A stretch of 64,000 bases of DNA from Octopus sinensis (GCF_006345805.1 NC_043004.1:45942001-46006000); one strand, 5' to 3'; positions 25,548 through 38,380 are shown, numbered from the stretch's first letter. Made by a program: numbers and translations. Notes: generated from the sequence alone by a model not told the origin.

Positions 25548-25748
25548 CAATTGTTTGGCAGGAGAGTTATGAAGGAAAGCTTCAAGTTTTGGTCATCATC
25601 GGTCAAATCTTCAGAAGACTTTGCAGATATCGTGAAAGTTTGTAGTTTATGAATTAAGGATTTGAAAAGACACCCCGTGAATCCCAGTTCATCTATACCC
25701 AGATGAGACAATACATTTCCTGTTGCTCGAATAATAATGAATATATAT
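25548..25748 (-). CDS. Candidate isolated coding exon (unverified)
   Basis: ctttcag|...|gtcagt boundaries; 201 nt, symmetric phase 2, open frame YIFIIIRATGNVLSHLGIDELGFTGCLFKSLIHKLQTFTISAKSSEDLTDDDQNLKLSFITLLPNN. No homolog recognised. Confidence 0.2.
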
Positions 25749-27257
25749 CTGAAAGTGTATCTTCGGTACTAGATTTGTAAACTGTATTTTAAAGGCTAGA
25801 GTTGTCCTCTTTATCCTGTTTTTTGAAGAGCACATATTTATTATACCTTTACAAGAATAGTGATGACCGTAACAGTCATTTTACGCCTTTTAAAAGAATT
25901 ATACACATACATACATAGATACATACATCATTCATACATATATACATACATACATACAGACAGACATATTGTGTACAATCGTATTTAACACACCTTCCTG
26001 TACCCTTGGATATGCAAACACCTTTTGTTACAGAAACAGATCTATGAAAAAATTTTATTACAGTCAAAATATGTGACAACAGACTGAGTTATAAATGACG
26101 TCATCCGGTCGGAGAGAGGTTGCGTTTCTGCATCATTGTTCGTCCTCAGCTACAAATTCCTAATTATTCATCACATTCTTTTACAATGAGAGTTGTTATT
26201 TTTAAGAGTAGTAAATAATAGTACGTTTATGTATTGTTTAGCAAGATTCTTGATGTGACATCGTGTTTTGAAACAGATATTGTTATAGTTGGAAATGACC
26301 ATATTTTGCCAATTAAACACACGCATTATATGTTACGTCTAAAGACAAAATGGAAAAAGCAAGGCAAAAAGAGACACGTGGAATAAAGGGTCCCTGAATA
26401 GGTTTCAGGATGTATGACGAACGAGCTTTGACAAAACAACAACAATACCACCACATAATGTCCTGTAGAGCTTCTATACAAAGTTTGCCTTTTAGGGACG
26501 GGAAGGATTATCTGGGAGAACTTAAACACTTGAAAGACTATTGCAAGCTTGTCGAGATTTGAACTTACAAGGACTAAACCGCTACTCACTTTAATTATAT
26601 CTGGAATAAGTAGGAACCTGAGTCAAATCAATAATAATAATATAGTTGGAGTAAAGACCAAATATATAGTGCGTGTATTTGATTGGCATATTATGACCAT
26701 CCCCAAGTATAACAATATTTATAATAGTAAATTTACTGATATATGTAAAGCTTGGTCAAATTCAAATAATGTGATATGGAGCGGTGTCGAATAGAATATA
26801 ACTGTGTGTGACCATATCCAACTGACATATATATTTGTGTGCAAGAATATATGCAATTCAGTGGAGATTTCTATTTAAAAAAAAAAAGTAAAGAAGAAAA
26901 TAATAAATAATAAATAGATGATACTTGTAAAATCTGTTAGCAGTACGTGATGTCAGTCACTTGTTTATTTTGAATTATTCATTTACTCTAATGGATTACT
27001 CAACTACAAATATATGGTTCAAGGGTGAAGATTTGTAGGTGTGTACAGAGCTGTACTGAAGTTACTTTGTGCAAAATTTCTCCATATAATTCTGTCATAC
27101 ATTCGATTTTATTGCTATGAGCCCCAAAATAATGTAACACGTTGATGAGAATGGGGATTCGTAAAGTATTACATCAAGTATTGTAATTAATACGTATTTA
27201 ATTTATGAACGAAATATCTATCAAAATATACGAGTTAACCCTTTTCATATGTATCTG

Positions 27258-27671
27258 GGATCTTTTCGGTTTGAACGGCAGTTTTTTCTAGCGGTGTCAT
27301 ATAAAATTGTCACCAATAATTATGACCCTAGTATCGATCTATTGCATTTCAATCTGTTTTAGGGTTAGGGTTAGGGTTAGGGGTGGGGAAGAGTATCTTT
27401 TTTCTTTATGTGAATAAACCTTGTTTCTTAAACGAGGGACATATTCATACGGCACAGAATGGTTTTTTTACCTCAATGGACGTCATTTATTGGTTGAAAT
27501 TGCAGAAATTGAAGAAAAAGAGAACAGGTATCTTACAAACTATAGAATTTTCCTCAATTAAGCCAAGAGAAAAATATGTTTTATAAACACATTCTACCAG
27601 TATACGAAGTTTAAAATTTTTTAGTTACCTAGAAATTATGTTAAAAACTGCCGTTCAAACCGAAAAGATCC
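27258..27671. mobile_element. MITE with perfect 29-bp TIRs, 8-bp TSD and internal (TTAGGG)3
   Basis: TIR ggatcttttcggtttgaacggcagttttt at both ends; flanks tgtatctg / tgcatctg; ttagggttagggttagggttaggg at ~27359-27382. Confidence 0.9.
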
Positions 27672-28371
27672 TGCATCTGTGCATGTACATAATTGTGTGA
27701 ATATGCATATATATGCGTATACATCGTATACAAATACACAAATCTATATAAATCATATAACGTACGTAAATACGATAGGTTTCAGTTAGTATTCTTGGAT
27801 AGTAATGATGTCATACATAAGTAATGAAGTCATACATAATAGCCGTCTGGGATACAAATTTGTTGCTTGCTGAAAGGTATCTGGTTGATGGTTGTGTGTC
27901 TGATATTTCTTGAACAAATATTCTATGTGCTGTTTAGAAGGTAATGAGACAGCTGTTGTTTAGATTTCTTTTGGCTAAATATTGACAGTGCAGGCCCCAT
28001 TGTGGTAAAATGCGTTCCAATATTCTTTTATTGTGATGTTAGTTCCATATTTATAGAGTGAGCCTGATACGCGAGTCTATACTCAGGTAACTTTTGAATT
28101 GATATCGATATGGTTTCTACAATATTAATGGAATATTTTGTTTTCACATTAGACATGACGTAGCACTCTTAGTAGCATTGAATCATATAGAGTTCCATCA
28201 TTTTGAATTGATTTCGAGATTCCAGACCCGGCATATCTATGTAGTTTGTGAAAGTTTTCTAGGGTGCTTCAGTACACACACACACACACACACGCACGCA
28301 CGCACACGCACGCACACAAACACACATACGTACGTACGTACGTATGTATGTACGTATGTATGTATATATAA

Positions 28372-28423
<52 letters not shown>

Positions 28424-28565
28424 GATACACATAATGGGTGAAGTATAATTAATTTAATAAAATTAATAAATTTCACCTAGTAGTTTTTTCGATATGGAAA
28501 TGACCATATTTGGTAAGGATTATATTAATTATAATAAAGGGTTAATTGCAACAAGTAGCTCAAAA

Positions 28566-28910
28566 CCACATACCGAAAATATTAGAAATAGCAGCCAAAT
28601 AGGTCACTATTTCTACCACTAGTAAAACAGTTTCCACAAACAAACAGAATTTGCAACCCGCATATGGCAAAGAGAAAGAAGACAACGAAATCCCAGCCTA
28701 TTGGATTAATTATGGACGAATTCGTTTTTGAATTAGAATTAATATATATACATATATCTCGAAACGCGTAACGCGTATATAATTAATTCTGGTCGTGTTG
28801 ACTCATCGTTTTCCTATTTGCCTTCGTAAAAAAGTATGTTTACCGTCATAGAGATTCTTATAGTAGTAGAAATGGAAATTTTAACTCCTATTTCTAATTT
28901 CGGTATGTGG
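28566..28910. mobile_element. Old MITE-like inverted repeat element
   Basis: ccacataccgaaa..attagaaatag...tatttctac.acta is inverted at 28855-28910; internal hairpin around acgcgtaacgcgt. Confidence 0.6.
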
Positions 28911-28978
28911 CGAAGCTGTTAGTTGAACCCTAATAATAATAATAATAATAATAATAATATAATAATAATAATAATAAT

Positions 28979-29015
<37 letters not shown>

Positions 29016-29273
29016 TAAATTAGAGATAAAAGCACTATTAGGCAACTCTAACATTGACAGACATAAACCAAAACATACAAAACAAAAAATAAATATAATT
29101 CATATAATATATAATATGTATATAAAATATAAAATTTAAAATTTAAATTATTAAAATTTATATTTTAAAATTCTTATATTTTTTAATTTTTTAATTTTCA
29201 AACTTAAATTTTTTTTTTTAATAACACAAAGTATATAAAAAGTTAAATATAATATAATATGTATTTTTTTTTT

Positions 29274-29479
29274 GTATTTGTTTCAGTCATTTGACTGCGG
29301 CCATGCTGGAGCACCGCCTTTTAGAGTGGTGAAAGAGTACAGCAGGGATCACCACCTCCTGCCGGAGCCTCGTGGAGCTTTTAGGTGTTTTTCGCTCAAT
29401 AAACACACACAACGCCCGGTCTGGGAATCGAAACCGCGATCCTCCGACCGCAAGTCCGCTGCCCTAACCACTAGACCAC
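29274..29479 (-). mobile_element. Chimeric SINE: family C head joined to family A 3' tail
   Basis: Minus strand reads the C head to ...gtactctttcaccact, then ctaaaaggcggtgctccagcatggccgcagtcaaatgactgaaacaa and poly-A. Confidence 0.85.
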
Positions 29480-30693
29480 TATATATATATTTATAAAAAA
29501 CGGGAGGCATGTAGAAAAATATATGATTCACATACAGATGAATCCATAACTAGAATAGTACGTATGTAAGAAATATTTTGCTTCTTAATACCACTTTGAA
29601 TGAAATATTTTAAAATGTGGTCTTAACTTTCCATTACTTTACCATTCTGTTAGTTTGAATCCATTATTGTTGATAAAACTTAGGTGATCCATCGAAATAA
29701 AGCAACTGATTGAGAATTTAGTTTTCTACTCAAGCAATGCTTCAATATATTTGCAATTAATGTATTTCCTTGTAAAAACGGAATTGGAAATGGTGAACAT
29801 ATATCGATTTAAAGCAGAATGCTCTTCTAGCAGAAATGGGAATCGAGAACGATGTAAGGAATGTGTGTAAGGAATGTAATGCTTGCTCCCTAGATTTGTT
29901 GTCGTGACGATGTAAATTTAAATGGAGAATGTACTCCTTGAATTGAAAATATGTACGTAGAAACAAATTCTAGTTATTTAAAATATCATAGATTTGTGAA
30001 CCTTCTGCAATAGTGTTCTACTTTGATTTAAATGAATCAGAGATAGACACTTCATACTTTCCAGAAAGCCAATGGGGAAAATTCAAATAAGGCCTACTAG
30101 AAACGGCAGTCCAAATCATCTTTGAACCATACTTTATGTTCTTAAAGAATGAAGGATGTATTTTATAATGCCGTTTTAGATACAATACATTAGAAAAAAA
30201 TGTTTCAATACAGGGGCAATCACAAATTTTACAATGAATATTTTTTAAACTCAAGAGTTCTCTTCAATAAACGGCTTTTTTCTCATCTATTTATGGCGAT
30301 ACAAAGTGTGTTAAGAATGTACTTTAAGATCCCTTTTTGGGTAATTTAATTCTTCGCATAAACACAATGTAAACTCCAGTTGTTTATCGTTGGTTTCTCT
30401 AAGTTTGAATGATGTTAATATTGCTTGAGGGTACTAACTGTGAATAATTAGGTTCGAGTATTTGCAATGGATTTGAGCGGTATAACTAAATGTGTTGTCA
30501 ATGAAAAAGCAGATAAGGTTACAAGGTATGGAAACTCTATCTCTGTAAAATCTCTGTTTTCTGTCCGTACAAATGAATCGATAGAAAGATAATGAGTGTA
30601 TGCATGTGAGGAAGACGGATGGAGAAAGCGTGCAAGAGGGTGACAGAAAATTGGAGAGGATGTATAAAAGAAATAAAATATTAAGAGTGAGAG

Positions 30694-30729
<36 letters not shown>

Positions 30730-31304
30730 AAGCGAGAGCGAGAGAATGAGCGGAGGAAATGTTGTCTTAATACTACAGCACGCCGAGTTAAGTGCAAATT
30801 GTCAAAGGGTTTGTTTACATTGCCAAAAGGAAAATGCTCTCACAATAGCATAAATAGCTTGGGGTAAGAATGATGTACAGTTTATATCGTTTCAATTACA
30901 AATTACTCTAAGTGGTTTGTTATCTTATGAATATAAAATGAATGTAAATACAATTCATTACAATTTTATTGTCAGTGAAGTTATATCACATTATCAAAAC
31001 GACATAGGATAGAGTCTTAAGTGTAATATTGATTTCGAATATAGAAACAATGTCTTCTATTATAGAGGAAGTATATAAGTAGATTAAACCAATTCCAGTA
31101 CTTCACTGATAATTTATTTTATAACCCAGCAAAAATAAATGACAATGCTGTCCAGGGTGAGTTTTGATTTGGTGTGGTATGGATGACAGATACGTAACTA
31201 AGCGCGGCAAATAATTTTGTCTATTCTTCAATTTCTGTGTATTCCACGTCTGTAATATGAATGACAGTTTATTATGAAATACACTGGTGATATTAGTATT
31301 ACAT

Positions 31305-31346
31305 CATAGATAGATATATATATAGATAGATAGATAGGTAGGTAGG

Positions 31347-31377
<31 letters not shown>

Positions 31378-31495
31378 GTAGGTAGGTAGATAGATAGGTA
31401 GATAGATAGATAGAAAGATAGATAGATAAATAGATAGATAGATAGATAGATAGGTAGGTAGGTAGATAAATAAATAGACAGATAGATAGATAGAT

Positions 31496-31539
<44 letters not shown>

Positions 31540-31548
31540 TATATATAT

Positions 31549-31582
<34 letters not shown>

Positions 31583-31760
31583 TGATAGATAGATAGATAG
31601 ACAGAAAATCAAACAGACAAACAAACAGATAATTTGACAGACAGATATATAGATACATACATACGTACATGCATACACAGAGGCACGCACATACATGCAC
31701 ACACTTGTATATACACACAAACAAACACACACACACACGCACACATGCACACACACACGC
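31305..31760 (+). repeat. (GATA)/(TA)/(CA) compound microsatellite
   Basis: Direct reading. Confidence 0.95.
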
Positions 31761-32147
31761 ATGCACACACACACATACTCACGCAGCATATACGTTTCGA
31801 GTTGTTTCATGCATCGTTTGAGTACGCGTTTCTATGAAGAATTTAATTATAAAATCAGTTATTTGCCACTCCTTCCGTGCATGGTTTTCCACTAATACTG
31901 TGTTTATTTCATCCTCATTTAGAATAATTGGCAGATAAAAAATTTATCTTAAACAATATGTCTATCACTAAGAAATTTACGACTGGTGTACAAGTTATAT
32001 TAACTTAAGTAAAATAATACCATTTATTGTACTGATGAGGAATATATTCAATTTTCACGGGATAACTTTAACTAGTATAGCAGACTGTAGGTTGAAACGG
32101 CCTCACCTCTTCAGACTCGAACCGCGTTTTATGTAGGGCAGTACTAA

Positions 32148-32428
32148 GTAATTAGAAATAATGAATTTCTAAATGTCTCAACGAGACATGAGCGGTGGTG
32201 GAGCGATAAAGTGGTTGTATAAAGTCAACATAACGTGACAGTCCCGTAGAAGGGATTACACCACCGCTATATAGCCCTAGGAAGAATCGACGCTTCCTGT
32301 CGGCTTTGACACATTTTCTGTGTCCTCTACGGGACTGTCATGTTATGTTGACTTTATACAATCACTTTATCGCTCCACCACCGCTCATGTCTCGTTGAGA
32401 CATTTAGTAATTCATTATTTCTAATTAC
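32148..32428. repeat. Near-perfect fold-back: 103-bp arms, 75-nt spacer
   Basis: Arms 32148-32250 and 32326-32428, 3 mismatches by manual comparison. Confidence 0.95.
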
Positions 32429-32460
32429 CCTGGACTGATGAAGGGCAATACCCAGAAACT
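32429..32460 (+). ncRNA. 3'-truncated hammerhead motif
   Basis: cctgga-CTGATGA-a-ggg-caata-ccc-a-GAAACT; no cleavage triplet or stem I partner follows. Confidence 0.45.
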
Positions 32461-33283
32461 TGAACATGTGCCTTTGGATTTTTATTTTGTGCCCAATGTG
32501 GGTAATCAAGAAATAGTTGCTCCGACCCCACTCATATTTGGTAAGTAACATGTGTAAAACCATTGACATGATAGATAGTTCGCTCCATGTTCCATGGGTT
32601 ATTTAAATTAGTTAGAAGATATTTCAGTTATTTGTGCTAAGCGCATTTATTTAATAAAAAAAACCTGCTATAGCAAAAAACTTAATCATGTAGCTTAATT
32701 TATCTTATGTAACGAGTATCCAACATGCAGTATTAAAAATGTGTTGTATATGTTAGAAACACAGTAGAGAATATCATGACGAAAAAACTGTAAACAATCT
32801 TATATTTGAGACTACCTGTACCTTTAAGAAATTGCATATACTTCTTAATGACCTACTTCATAATTTTCTCTCACCCTAGGGGCAAGATGAAGTGTGTGCT
32901 TTAAGATTAGAAGATTGAAAAATATAAGAAGATTTATACTAAATTTTATGTTTTCCGCCGACGGTTCACGAAAGAAAGATTTGTGCATGAATATGAGCTC
33001 GTGGTTTTTGAAGATGCTAATTGAGTCAAAGTTTCCGCAGTGATTATTTATTGACGCCTCAATAGCGAGGTTGGAAATATCCTTCATAGCGGAAATACGT
33101 TCGCATTTATACCTACTGTGCGTGGGGTAAAAATGAAAAAGTAATATGACAACATGAAGTTTGCATTTTCAGGAGGTTTAATATCAGAAATAGAACAGTC
33201 CTATATTTAAGAGATGAGGAATTATGTGCATTATTTACATTATTTGCAATTGACGGATATTTTTCCTCATCTTGTTTGTTGGT

Positions 33284-33332
33284 AACACAACGTTTCGGCT
33301 GATATACCACCCCCCAGCCTTCGTCAGGTGTC
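33284..33332 (-). ncRNA. Minimal type I hammerhead ribozyme (intact core)
   Basis: GACAC-CUGACGA-A-GGCUG-(13-nt loop)-CAGCC-GAAA-CGUU/GUGUU. Palindromic ACGU helix III; predicted cleavage after GUU. Confidence 0.7.
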
Positions 33333-33626
33333 TTGGGGGAAATTTAGAACCCGTGTTCTCATTCCTAAGGTATTTTTTCGATGTTGTTGTTGTTGTTGTT
33401 GTTGTTATTATGGAGTGAATTTTAGGGCTTATAAATCTAATATTTTCCTATCCTTCCTTCATACAGGCTCCCCTATGCTACTCATGTCCGACTCGGTCTT
33501 AGATTTATAAGCCCTAAAATTCACTCCATAATTGCCCAATAATAATAATAATAATAATGATAATAATAATAACAACATCGAAAAAATACCTTAGGAATGA
33601 GAACCCAGGTTCGAAATTTCCCCCCA

Positions 33627-33667
33627 GACACCTGGAAGGCTGGAGGGTATATCAGCCGAAACGTGTT
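33627..33667 (+). ncRNA. Inactivated hammerhead copy
   Basis: GACAC-CTGGA-AGGCTG...CAGCC-GAAACGTGTT: 2-nt deletion in CUGANGA and 3-nt deletion at the cleavage site relative to 33284-33332. Confidence 0.6.
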
Positions 33668-33889
33668 AACAACAAACAAGATGAAGAGAAATCTCCATCA
33701 AATGTAAATAATGTAAATAATGTATAAGAAATAGAAGTAGAATATCTAGTGATCTGAAGGTCATTGCAATCTCGCTAGTGTTTAAGTAAGGTCATACCAA
33801 GCACTTTCGTTTTGAAGAGCAGAGTGGAGAAAAAACACAGCCAATAAATTAAAACGAATTTATCAAAACGTACCTCGCTTTTTCTAGGC

Positions 33890-34430
33890 AAGAATAGTTT
33901 GAGCTGCTCATTTGCTGACTTCAATAAATCCTTCATTTCTATATTAAGCTGGATTTATGAAACACTTTGCTAAGCAGTGGATAAACTATAAATCAGATTC
34001 AAATATTTGCAAATTAAGTTTCCGAGGATCAGAAATGTAAAGATTAAAGAAGTATTTCCAAAGGCTTTCTTATCCGAGAAATATTAAGAGATTAAGGGTT
34101 TGAAGCTTAGTTGAATGAAGATGCGAAAGCTGCGTAGCAAAGTTTCAAATGTATCTGTAACAATCTTTAGGAATTCACATGGTCGAAATCTATTCCGAAA
34201 TTGTTGGTGACATTTAAAATTCTTACCATGCAACGGGGCACAACGTATCAGTAAAGGTACATTTATAGGGCTTCCATTTGGCATGTTTCCAGAAAAAAAG
34301 GTTAATGTAAGCTACGAACATGGCGAGAGTTTACCCCGGATTTTTCAACCATAGTAAAACATTATCAAGTATCTTGGAGCCCCCAAAGTTTTCTGACTAC
34401 TGCTGGACCCTCAAGTAAATGATGATGCGG
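33890..34430 (+). mobile_element. CMC/Chapaev3-like transposase C-terminal relic
   Basis: Frameshifted IKLGFMKHFAK, FKYLQIKFPRIRNVKIKE, AA*QSFKCICNN, SVKVH, FPEK..SYEHGE and DYCWTLK match the HIKLGLMK...LHSHLDFFP..SDEHGERFHQD...DYCWTL motif series. The superfamily name is from memory. Confidence 0.7.
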
Positions 34431-35269
34431 AAAGCGTGACAAAAGATACATTAGAAAAACAGCCTATATACTTTTTAAAATATATGTATACTTGTGTTTC
34501 GGATTGTAATTTTAAAAAAATATGTAGCAATAAATTTTGTTTTTGAATATTAAAATATGCCAACCAAATATCTGTTGAAAAATCTCACAATTTCATTTAG
34601 ATTCAGTTGCAAAATACTATTAAGATGTCACGGAATAACGTCTGTTCCCTCTAATGTAATTAAAACAATGTTCACTAATCGATCAAGTGCATGATTAATT
34701 AAATATGTTTATATATCCCTTCTTTGGGGAATTTCTTAAACCATCCCTTTACATCATTGCCTTAATTTTTGTTTCATTGGTTGTAGATAACTTTGTAAGA
34801 GGGTGTTATTGCTGTATTTGGTGCCAGATCAGCACCAATATAACTGAACTGCAATCAAATCATACTATCCCCGCACATCTCAACATATATCGAGGGTTAA
34901 ATTTTTTAATGCACCTCTAGTATTCCAACGACAGCGAGCAGGGATTAGAGTGATACAAGAGGGCTATATTTAGAAGGTCCAGCGATTCTATAACAGCTAA
35001 ATCATTGGTTTGCGTAAGCTTATGCTGTTTTAGAGAGTGCAGACCTATAATCAAATGCATTCGAACCCTACCCCCAGTCACATAATATTGGATATATAAC
35101 GCTATATTTTCCAGTGTATCCAATGTGCAGCGTGTTCAGGTTGAATTTAACAAGCTTTATATCTCCCTTTTTTCTTAGGACCCGCTTGAAAAATTAGTGA
35201 ATTGTTAACGGCGTTGGAAACCATAAAGACGTGAAGGACGGGAAGCCATCAACGTATTAGAAAAGTGTA

Positions 35270-35600
35270 ACCAGTATCATGATGATTTTCGAGGAGGTCG
35301 AAAGGCCGACATTATGACTGCCTATGAAGATCTCTGAAATTGTAAATTTTGTAAAACCTAATATGGACACGTCCTACGTATCATGAAAGCCAAGTTCATC
35401 CAGAGTGTGACTGTCTTTGGCTGTGACTCCAGTGACGATGACGTCCTGCCGCTTAACAACTCTGAATAGTGCCTTAGGCTCAATTTATTTGACTATGTAA
35501 AGCTGCTTGAGATTGTGGTCAATCGTTGGCTGAAGAGTTTTGTTGCCAGAAGGCTATGAGTGTCGGTGAAGGAATCAGCTCCTTGCTATACATCCCGAAC
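35270..35600 (+). mobile_element. maT/DD37D-like transposase relic (same family as 17660-18600)
   Basis: MKAKFIQSVTVFGCDSSDDDV, LRLNLFDYVKLLEIVVNRWLKSF and ESAPCYTS. Confidence 0.65.
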
Positions 35601-36390
35601 ATATCAGGAATGGTTGACTACTCAATACCTAGTCAAATATATATAGGAAGAAATTGAGGAAACGACCATCCCAGCTTTCTAGACGTATGATATAGACAAC
35701 TCGCTATTCAATGTACTCCTTTTACAACAGGGTAGGCTTTTGTTTGAAGGATATGTTATCTCCCGTAGAATGTCTATCGAGTAGAAGTTATCTCGTTCAC
35801 TCGGCGTAAACCAATTTCAAGTAAACTGTTAAATTAATATATAAAAACAAGATAAATCTACTGGTTGAGCGTATTTCTGTGCCAAATGGCAATATCTGTG
35901 CAAGTAACATCACTTGTGTTCGGTTGAATATATTTACAAATTACCTCCACTAACACAATATATGGAAACAAAACAGCGATATGCAAATCTACGCGGAAAC
36001 CAATGGATACGTAAATAACACGAGGAAATAGAGAGCACTGGCATTTAGGAAGGAACTTTATTTAAGTTATTTTGGTTTGAATAAAAATCCCCAATTCATT
36101 CGTCACCGTACTTTAATCCGGAACAAAATTCTGCCTTGTTATCCACTAGTCATAAGCGAAAGTGGATGCTTATTTTATTCTAAGCTGAATCACAAGTTAA
36201 TGTGTAATGAAAAGTATCATACGCTAAAAAATCCCCCACATATTAAGATAAACTAACAACCAATATACTGTTTAAGACTTAATGGTGAGCAGAATCGTCT
36301 GAAAATTCGATCATAAGATACGTTTAGATATGAGGAAATAATGATACTTACGCACACATGCAAATACACTCATAACCACACATCTGTCGG

Positions 36391-36545
<155 letters not shown>

Positions 36546-36547
36546 AA

Positions 36548-36917
36548 GTGGAGATGCAATTGCCAGTGGTTAGGGCATCGGACTCGCGGTTGTAGGATCG
36601 CAGTTTCGATTCCCAGACCGGGTGTTCTGAGTGTTTATTGAGCGAAAACACCTAAAGCGCCACGAGTCTCCGGCAGGGGTGGTGGAGAACCTTGTACTCT
36701 TTCACTACAACTTCCTCTCACTCTTTTCTCCTGTTTCTGTTGTACCTGTATTTCAAAAGGACCAGCCATGTCACACTCTGTATCACGCTGAATCTCCCCG
36801 AGAACTCCGTTAAGTGTACACGTGTCTGTGGAGTGCTCAGCCACTTGCAAGTTAATTTCACGAGCAGGGTGTATCGTTGGACTGGAACTCTCGTCGTCGT
36901 AACCGACGGAGTGCCAC
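36548..36917 (+). mobile_element. SINE family C, tail type 1, full length
   Basis: tRNA-like head cagtggttagggcatcggactcgcgg...gtttcgattccc; tail gtcgtaaccgacggagtgc. Confidence 0.9.
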
Positions 36918-38309
36918 CGTGTATACATCCACACACTCAATTACAAGCACACACATATGTATGCTCGTATGTATCTATGTATGTTTCTATGTAAGGATGT
37001 ATGTATGTATGCAGCATATTCATTTTCTGGCTGTGTGTTATAAGAACTGTTGAGCAATAAAGGATTTTGTCCATAAAGTGAAAAATAGTTTGAAATTCTG
37101 TTTAGTGGAATTAAATATTACAGGCTGAAGAGAAACCCACATTTCATATATAGTATCCACGTACGAGTATAACAATGTATATTAATAAGCTTTGCATGTG
37201 TGTATATATCTGTATTCCTATACTTGGGTTCGTGCGTATTTGTGAATGTGTGTGTGTGTGTGAGGTTGTGTGCACGTGTTTGCGTATGTATGCATGCGCG
37301 TGTGCATAAGTATGTATGTGTATTTCCATGTTCAGCTTACGGCAATCAATTTGATTTCCTACCAGAAACATACCAAGAGCCGATCAATTGTTGATATTTA
37401 TTACAAGAAAAACTGTTTAGGGAATTTACGTTCATAAATTATATGGAGATTTCTACTTCTAATCTCTTTCCCTTCTGTCTTTAAACTTGAGTATCCTTTT
37501 GGGTGTTGTTCACAGAGTTGCGTTCGACTCTACTCGATTTATATTACATAAAAACAATCTCTTAAATCTGACCGCCATAATTTCATTCTGCAGACTACTG
37601 ACAGCTATCAGCATCGTGTTTCTATTCATTGTCTTTGTTATTATTATTATCATTGTTGTTGTTCTAGTCCCCATCGCCGCCACGAGCGACATAATGATTA
37701 TCAGCATCAACGTTATTCGGAGGACATGCCTGAGTTGTTCAGTTCCCTTTGGTGTCATAGAATAAAGTGGTGGACAGAAAAAGTTTTGTGTACTATTGGA
37801 AAGTGCAACAAGTTGATGTACAATGATGTGAAGCGGATTTAGTGTTAATTAAATCACCTACGTGTTTTTCAATGACTTGCCAAATTCTTTTGTCTTGATG
37901 TCTTTGACGATCAGTTCAAAACATTAATCAATGTCATATCGTATAGAGACTAACTGCTTTAGAATCGAATATAGTAGTTAAATGGAACTTTTATAGTAAT
38001 TGCTGTTTTGGTGTTAACATCTCTGTGTGTAATTGCTACAGTAATAGCAACGTACAGTTTCTCAGTGAAAATAATACCACAATAACTATTTGGAGTTACT
38101 GCGTTGTCTGTCTGCTTCATATATTAACTAAATCACTCTCCAACAACGTCCTGCCATCTTAAAATACGGAAGAACATATCAGATGGTATAATTCTGTAAT
38201 ACTAGGCAAGAGACAAGTTTGGTTGCGGCTGAGAGCTCGTTGTTCAGAATTCTGCTTTAACAAGGTAATCTGGTGTTAAGACCAAGAATAAGAGCAGCAA
38301 CAACAAATA

Positions 38310-38347
38310 ACCACTACTACTGCTACCACTACTGGTGCATCGGCTAT

Positions 38348-38380
<33 letters not shown>

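Larger units (their letters stand above)
33222..33726. mobile_element. Two PLE-like termini in inverted orientation (fold-back), with a perfect 34-bp inner inverted repeat
   Basis: Arms 33222-33440 and 33499-33726 are complementary; 33407-33440 is the exact reverse complement of 33499-33532. Confidence 0.9.
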
